From positions 303,253-327,252 of the forward strand of contig CBDCUM010000012.1 in NCBI GenBank assembly GCA_965222665.1: a DNA stretch of 24,000 nucleotides, written 5' to 3'. The position numbers and the translations under genes were made by a program. Below the pieces are notes generated by a model. That model saw only the letters and a list, made by a program, of their open reading frames with translations. It had not been told where the DNA came from and did not search any database. Below are positions 15,881-24,000 of this stretch, piece by piece. Source of the stretch: Rhodobacterales bacterium (GTDB lineage Bacteria; Pseudomonadota; Alphaproteobacteria; Rhodobacterales; CAZPXZ01). Positions within the stretch are counted from its first letter, which is position 1; every line of letters starts with the position of its first letter.

Positions 15881-16183
15881 TCACGTCAACTTGCCGATTC
15901 TCTCTGCGAGCAGGGAAACCCGTCCTGCGGCTTCGCGAAGCGCGACCGTGGTCTCTTCCATGACGGCGATGGTCTCGACGGCCGACCCGTCCCTGGAATC
16001 GTCAAGCGCCAGAATGCTGGCAAGCAGAACCAGGAGCGTTCGCTCTATGCGTCCATGCTCCCCCTGGAGCCGCTCGGCGTATTGCTCCAGCGTACGGACG
16101 TGGGCATGGACACGCTCTTCCGAACCCGCTTCAACGACGAGGGAGTAGTTGCGTCCGTCAAAGGAAACCTCGATGTCAGGCAT
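15881..16183 (-). CDS. zapA: Cell division protein ZapA
   Basis: From ATG 16183: MPDIEVSFDGRNYSLVVEAGSEERVHAHVRTLEQYAERLQGEHGRIERTLLVLLASILALDD..., a typical ZapA N-terminus of about 100 aa. The upstream part of track ORF 15881..16417 is out-of-family read-through. Confidence 0.8.
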   Translation of the reverse strand: MPDIEVSFDGRNYSLVVEAGSEERVHAHVRTLEQYAERLQGEHGRIERTLLVLLASILALDDSRDGSAVETIAVMEETTVALREAAGRVSLLAERIGKLT

Positions 16184-16421
16184 TGGTGGGTTCCATTTGC
16201 GCCGCAACCTGCTCCAGCCCCGCCGCAATGTCCTCAAGCTGCTCCGCCAGCCGCTCCGTGCGGTCCTGACCGTCATCCCGCGAGGACGGATTGCGCTGTT
16301 CGCGCTCGGTGACCAGTACTTCGAGCCGAGCGACAGCGTCCTGTAGAACCTGGGCGGCTTGCCGCACGCGCCTGGCAGCAGCCAAGGGTTCATTTTCTGG
16401 AGCCGGCCCGTCGCCAATCAT
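16176..16421 (-). CDS. DUF4164 / ZauP-like coiled-coil protein (ZapA-associated)
   Basis: The 81-aa helical, heptad-like product (..AAQVLQDAVARLEVLVTEREQ..RTERLAEQLEDIAAGLEQVAAQ) sits immediately upstream of zapA with an 8-nt ATGCCTGA overlap. This is the arrangement known for the zauP-zapA pair in alphaproteobacteria. Confidence 0.6.
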   Translation of the reverse strand: MIGDGPAPENEPLAAARRVRQAAQVLQDAVARLEVLVTEREQRNPSSRDDGQDRTERLAEQLEDIAAGLEQVAAQMEPTNA

Positions 16422-16710
16422 CCCCGGGGTCCTCCGAGCAGTGCGTTGTTCCGTCCGGTTTCGACAATTCCATTATATCCATGTCGGAGCAAGATACGGG
16501 ACTGCGCCGGATCGCTGCCGCAACTCGTCTGGTGGTCCCGGACGCGCCGTGCGGGTGCCCGGACTTCCATGGTGGCGGCAGGGCTGTAACCTGCGGCTCG
16601 GTCGCGGCGCTGGGTCCCCCTCCAGACGGTTCCGCAGCCGTTTCGTTCTCGACGCAAGGCGGGTGCACCGCTATGATGTCATATCGTCCCGCAGCAGCAG
16701 TGACTTCAGG

Positions 16711-17912
16711 ATGAAGAGGGTTTTCGCCGCAATGGAACTGACAGTCAATCAGCAGGATTTTCTTCGTGCTTCGAATCGCACCCACAACATCGTGGAATCG
16801 AGGCGAATCTTGGAAGTCGAGCGCTGTGTCAGGTTTGAAGCGGCGGAAGGGATGGTCGAATTCCGCACATCCTCCGCCGGACGGGTCATCATCGAGTCCA
16901 TTCCTGCGCTGGTTTCGGAGCCGGGAACCGCTGTCGTCGACAGCGCCGTCCTCAATCAGATCGCCCGACGTCTTCCGAGCGACTCGGAGGTGGCGCTTAG
17001 CACCAGGGCAGGCGCGGAATCCCACGAGCCAGGGGCCGGCGACGGCCTCGACACGCTGGACGACGCTCCGGAGGAGGAGCGGCGACTCCGCCTGCGGGCG
17101 GGCCGGGCCGAATTCTGGCTTTCCCTGGTGGATCCGGACGAGTTTCCCGCAAGCCCGGATGACGAGTACGGGGGCAGTTTCCAGATCTCCGGGGCAGACC
17201 TGAAACTGCTCCTCGACAAGACCCACCGCGCCATACCCTCGTCGGATGACGCCCGTTACTACCTGCAGGGCGTATACCTTCATTCCTCCGCCGAGGACGG
17301 TGAGCAACGATTGACGACCGTAGCGAGCGATTCGCACCGGCTGTCCCGGATGTCGCTTCCGGCCCCGGAGGGGTCGGACCATTTCCCGGGCGTGATCATC
17401 CCGGCGGAAACGGTCGCAACGCTTCGGGCCTGCATCGAGGACGAGGACGCCCTTCGCATCTCCACCGCGCAGAACAAGTTCCGGGTCGCCGGGGAGACCT
17501 TCGCAATCATTTCGCAAGTCGTCGACGCCAAGTTTCCAGACTACAACCGGGTCATACCCCGGGACTGCGATACTCGCCTCGAGTTCGAACGGCGGGCGCT
17601 GGCGACCTGTATCGGCAGGGTCACGGCCATCGCGGGTTCGGAAAGCGAGCGCATTCACTTTAGCGTCGCCGACGGCGTGGCAAATCTGTCAATTCGCTCC
17701 CGGACCGGCCAGTCGGAGGACCGGATCGCCGTGATTTACGCGGGACCCGAAGTCTCGTTCATCCTGCAGGACAAGCATCTCATGGATGCCCTCGCCCAGA
17801 TCGACGGCGACAGCGTGGTTGTGATGATGCGGGACAACCGGTCTGCGTTTCTGGTATCGGAGCGGAGCGGGGACGGCTCAATGACCTGCGTAATCATGCC
17901 GCACAGGGCCTG

Positions 17913-17913
<1 letters not shown>
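16711..17913 (+). CDS. dnaN: DNA polymerase III subunit beta (sliding clamp)
   Basis: MKRVFAAMELTVNQQDFLRAS...LTTVASDSHRLS...VVDAKFPDYNRVIP...VIMPHRA. The start is ATG 16711 or ATG 16732 (MELTV...). The track ORF start at 16291 is upstream read-through. Confidence 0.93.
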
Positions 17914-21523
<3,610 letters not shown>

Positions 21524-21567
21524 CGCGCCGCAACTCGGTTCAGCGTTCCGTCCGCGCGCCGCCGCGA

Positions 21568-23169
21568 TCATGTGAGCCGCGGCAGCACCTCATGGGTGTG
21601 GGCGGGCGGCGGCGAGGGCAGGGTCCATTCCAGCGTGTCTGCGCCTTCGCCCCACGGGTTGGCTTCGCACCGCTTGCCACGGTACAGCGTCCATACCATC
21701 ACGCCGATGAAGAACAGGAAGGAGGCACCGGAGAGAAACGCCCCGAGGGAGGAAATATAGTTCCATCCGGCAAAGGCTTCCGGATAGTCGATATAGCGCC
21801 GCGGCATGCCCGCGAGGCCCGAGAAGTGCATCGGGAAGAAGGTGATGTTGACACCGATGAACGTGGTCCAGAAATGCACCTTTCCGGCCCACTCCGGATA
21901 CTGGCGCCCGGTCATCTTTCCGATCCAGTAGTAGATTCCCGCAAAGATGCAGAACACTGCGCCGATCGACATCACGTAGTGGAAATGGGCCACGACATAG
22001 TAGGTGTCGTGCAGAGCCCGGTCGATTCCCGCCTGAGCGAGCACGATGCCGGTGACCCCTCCAAATGTGAACAGGAAGAGGAATCCGATCGCCCAGAGCA
22101 GCGGTGTCCGGAATTCGATCGAGCCGCCCCACATGGTGGCAATCCACGAGAAAATCTTGATTCCCGTCGGCACGGCGATAACCATGGTCGCCAGCATGAA
22201 ATAGGCTTGCGTCGCCGGCCCGATTCCCACTGTGTACATGTGGTGGGCCCACACCACGAAGCCGAGGGCGCCGATCCCGACCATCGCGTACACCATTCCG
22301 AGATAGCCGAAGATTGGCTTCTTGGAGAATGTCGCGATAACGTGGCTGACAATGCCGAAACCGGGAACGACGATGATGTAGACCTCCGGGTGTCCGAAGA
22401 ACCAGAGCAGATGCTGGTAGAGAATCGGGTCTCCGCCACCGGCCGGATCGAAGAATGTGGTGCCGAAATTCCGATCCGTCAGCAGCATTGTCACCGCGCC
22501 GGCGAGAACCGGCAGCGCAAGCAGGATCAGGAACGCTGTCACGAAGATCGACCACGGGAAGAGCGGGGTCTTGTGCAGGGTCATCCCCGGTGCCCGCATG
22601 TTGAGGAAGGTCGTGATCATGTTGATCGCGCCGAGAACCGAGGAAGCGCCGGAAAGGTGGACCGCAAAGATCGCGAAGTCCATCGCCATGCCCGGCGACC
22701 CGTAGGTCGAGAGGGGTGCGTACAGCACCCAGCCTACACCGACGCCGCCGTCGACAAAGACCGCGATGGTGGCGAAGGTCAAGCCGCACAGGTAGAGCCA
22801 GTAGCTCAGGTTGTTGAGCCGCGGGAACGCCATGTCCGGCGCGCCGAGCATCAGCGGCATGAAGTAATTGCCGAAGCCGCCGAAGAGCGCCGGAATCACG
22901 ACGAAGAACATCATCAGGATGCCGTGCCCGGTCGTGAGCACGTTCCAGAGTTGTCCGTCCGGCTGCCCGTCCGCCGTCAGCATGTACTGCACGCCGGGCT
23001 CCATGAGTTCCAGCCGCATGTACATCGAGAAGGCTACAGCGATGACACCTGCGACGAATGCCGTCAGGATGTACAGGACTCCGATGTCCTTGTGGTTGGT
23101 GGAGCAGAACCACCGGGTAAAGAACCCGGTTTCATGCCCGTGCGCGTCGTGCGCAGCCGCTTCTGCCAT
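21568..23169 (-). CDS. ctaD: Cytochrome c oxidase subunit I
   Basis: ...[15 protein letters not shown]...[23 protein letters not shown]...[10 protein letters not shown]...HHMYTVG...[10 protein letters not shown]... The product is 533 aa, with a GGAGGA Shine-Dalgarno upstream. Confidence 0.97.
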   Translation of the reverse strand: MAEAAAHDAHGHETGFFTRWFCSTNHKDIGVLYILTAFVAGVIAVAFSMYMRLELMEPGVQYMLTADGQPDGQLWNVLTTGHGILMMFFVVIPALFGGFGNYFMPLMLGAPDMAFPRLNNLSYWLYLCGLTFATIAVFVDGGVGVGWVLYAPLSTYGSPGMAMDFAIFAVHLSGASSVLGAINMITTFLNMRAPGMTLHKTPLFPWSIFVTAFLILLALPVLAGAVTMLLTDRNFGTTFFDPAGGGDPILYQHLLWFFGHPEVYIIVVPGFGIVSHVIATFSKKPIFGYLGMVYAMVGIGALGFVVWAHHMYTVGIGPATQAYFMLATMVIAVPTGIKIFSWIATMWGGSIEFRTPLLWAIGFLFLFTFGGVTGIVLAQAGIDRALHDTYYVVAHFHYVMSIGAVFCIFAGIYYWIGKMTGRQYPEWAGKVHFWTTFIGVNITFFPMHFSGLAGMPRRYIDYPEAFAGWNYISSLGAFLSGASFLFFIGVMVWTLYRGKRCEANPWGEGADTLEWTLPSPPPAHTHEVLPRLT

Positions 23170-23292
23170 GTGGGTCCTCCACGAACCTGCCGCGGCTCTC
23201 CGCCGTGGGGCGAATATTATTCAAGCTGCCGGTTTGCGCAAGCGCACGGCCTTCGTTCCGGGTGATGTTCCGCCGAATTCGCGCCGGGGAAA

Positions 23293-23679
23293 TCAGACAT
23301 CGATTCGATACTTGAGATCTGCGGCCTCATCCCCCCTCATGCCTCGAAAGCCCCAGCAATGGGCGGGCTGCTCGCATATGATGATCTCGATGTCCATGGG
23401 CGCAATGGAATGCCTGCGGTCGATTTCCTCGAACAGCGCCTTGATCAGGGCCTTTTTCGTCTCTGTCCTGCGGCCGGACATCATGTTGATCTCAATGACG
23501 GTGTAACGGTCGGAGCGGCCGTCGGGAACAAAGAAGCTCTCCGCGTCCAGGATCACGAATCGATGCGCGCGCTTGTCTTCCGGCCGGCCGAGAACGGCTT
23601 GCATGCAATGGTGGATCGTGTCCGACAGCTGCTTGCGGATGGGGCCGAGGTGCTCCCGAGCCCCGTACACGACGATCAT
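23293..23679 (-). CDS. Tautomerase-family protein (128 aa)
   Basis: From ATG 23679, with a GGGAGAA Shine-Dalgarno upstream: MIVVYGAREHLGPIRKQLSDTIHHCMQAVLGRPEDKRAHRFVILDAESFFVPDGRSDRYTVIEINMMSGRRTETKKALIKALFEEI... This resembles the ~130-aa tautomerase-superfamily group. The N-terminal 31 codons of the track ORF were rejected. Confidence 0.75.
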   Translation of the reverse strand: MIVVYGAREHLGPIRKQLSDTIHHCMQAVLGRPEDKRAHRFVILDAESFFVPDGRSDRYTVIEINMMSGRRTETKKALIKALFEEIDRRHSIAPMDIEIIICEQPAHCWGFRGMRGDEAADLKYRIDV

Positions 23680-23692
23680 CAGGTTCTCCCTT

Positions 23693-24000
23693 CTACCGGC
23701 CCGGCGTATCCCGCGGCCGGACACCTGCCAGTCCCAGCGCCTCGGGGAATGCCCTTCGCAACGCGGCGTCAACCTCGTCTTGGGTCGCGGACAGACCCAG
23801 GTCGCGCAGGCTCGTCACCCCGTGCTCCCGGATGCCGCAGGGGATGATTCCCTGGAACGCGGCAAGCTCCGGATCAATGTTGAGCGCGATGCCGTGCATG
23901 GAGACCCACCGGCGAACCCGCACGCCCAGGGCTGCGATCTTCGCCTCGCCACCGGATGTCTCGACCCAGACGCCGATCCTCTCCGCCCGGCGCCGCCCGT
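23693..24000 (-). CDS. lipB: Octanoyltransferase LipB, 3' part (gene continues beyond the window)
   Basis: The frame is open to the window edge: [68 protein letters not shown]... This is the typical LipB C-terminal half. The track start at 23923 is an internal GTG. Confidence 0.88.
   Translation of the reverse strand, partial: GRRRAERIGVWVETSGGEAKIAALGVRVRRWVSMHGIALNIDPELAAFQGIIPCGIREHGVTSLRDLGLSATQDEVDAALRRAFPEALGLAGVRPRDTPGR

Noticed and set aside
16291-16710. N-terminal 140-codon extension of dnaN given in the track.
   Set aside because: The extension is Arg/Ser/Pro-rich with no clamp similarity. Clamp homology begins at MELTV (16732), and the region is the divergent dnaN / zauP-zapA promoter spacer.
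21524-21567. Expected bidirectional intrinsic terminator between the convergent gyrB and ctaD.
   Set aside because: The 44-nt gap shows only direct GC-rich repeats (GCGCCGC), with no stable hairpin plus U-tract that I could build.

Overview
This is a GC-rich chromosomal window that looks alphaproteobacterial and splits into a core part and an accessory part. The core part (about 13.0-24.0 kb) carries a small conserved ORF, yebC, a ymdB-like metallophosphoesterase and 5-formyltetrahydrofolate cyclo-ligase. Next comes a 198-nt structured spacer in the position where 6S RNA is often encoded, followed by zapA and a DUF4164/ZauP-like coiled-coil gene. After these come dnaN-recF-gyrB (joined by start/stop overlaps), a convergent ctaD, a tautomerase-family gene and the 3' part of lipB. 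The accessory part (1-13 kb) is heavily remodelled and is bracketed by two decayed Rpn/YhgA-like nuclease/transposase genes. Inside it lies a large surface autotransporter whose passenger (Ig-like, FN3 and Calx-beta-like repeats) and beta-barrel are separated by an ~879-nt ORF-less group II intron. That intron has a 5' GUGCG, a textbook domain V with AGC triad and AC bulge, and a domain VI candidate with a bulged A 7 nt from a ...UAC 3' end. The accessory part also holds an IS1634/IS4-type insertion sequence with intact inverted repeats and a GCTAAG target duplication. Its transposase gene is itself split by a 2.4-kb element that encodes only a 711-aa large serine recombinase with its own near-consensus promoter. 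The two best follow-up candidates are the maturase-less intron inside a surface-protein gene and the recombinase-only nested element. Many long ORFs in the six-frame track are GC-driven shadow frames and were not called.
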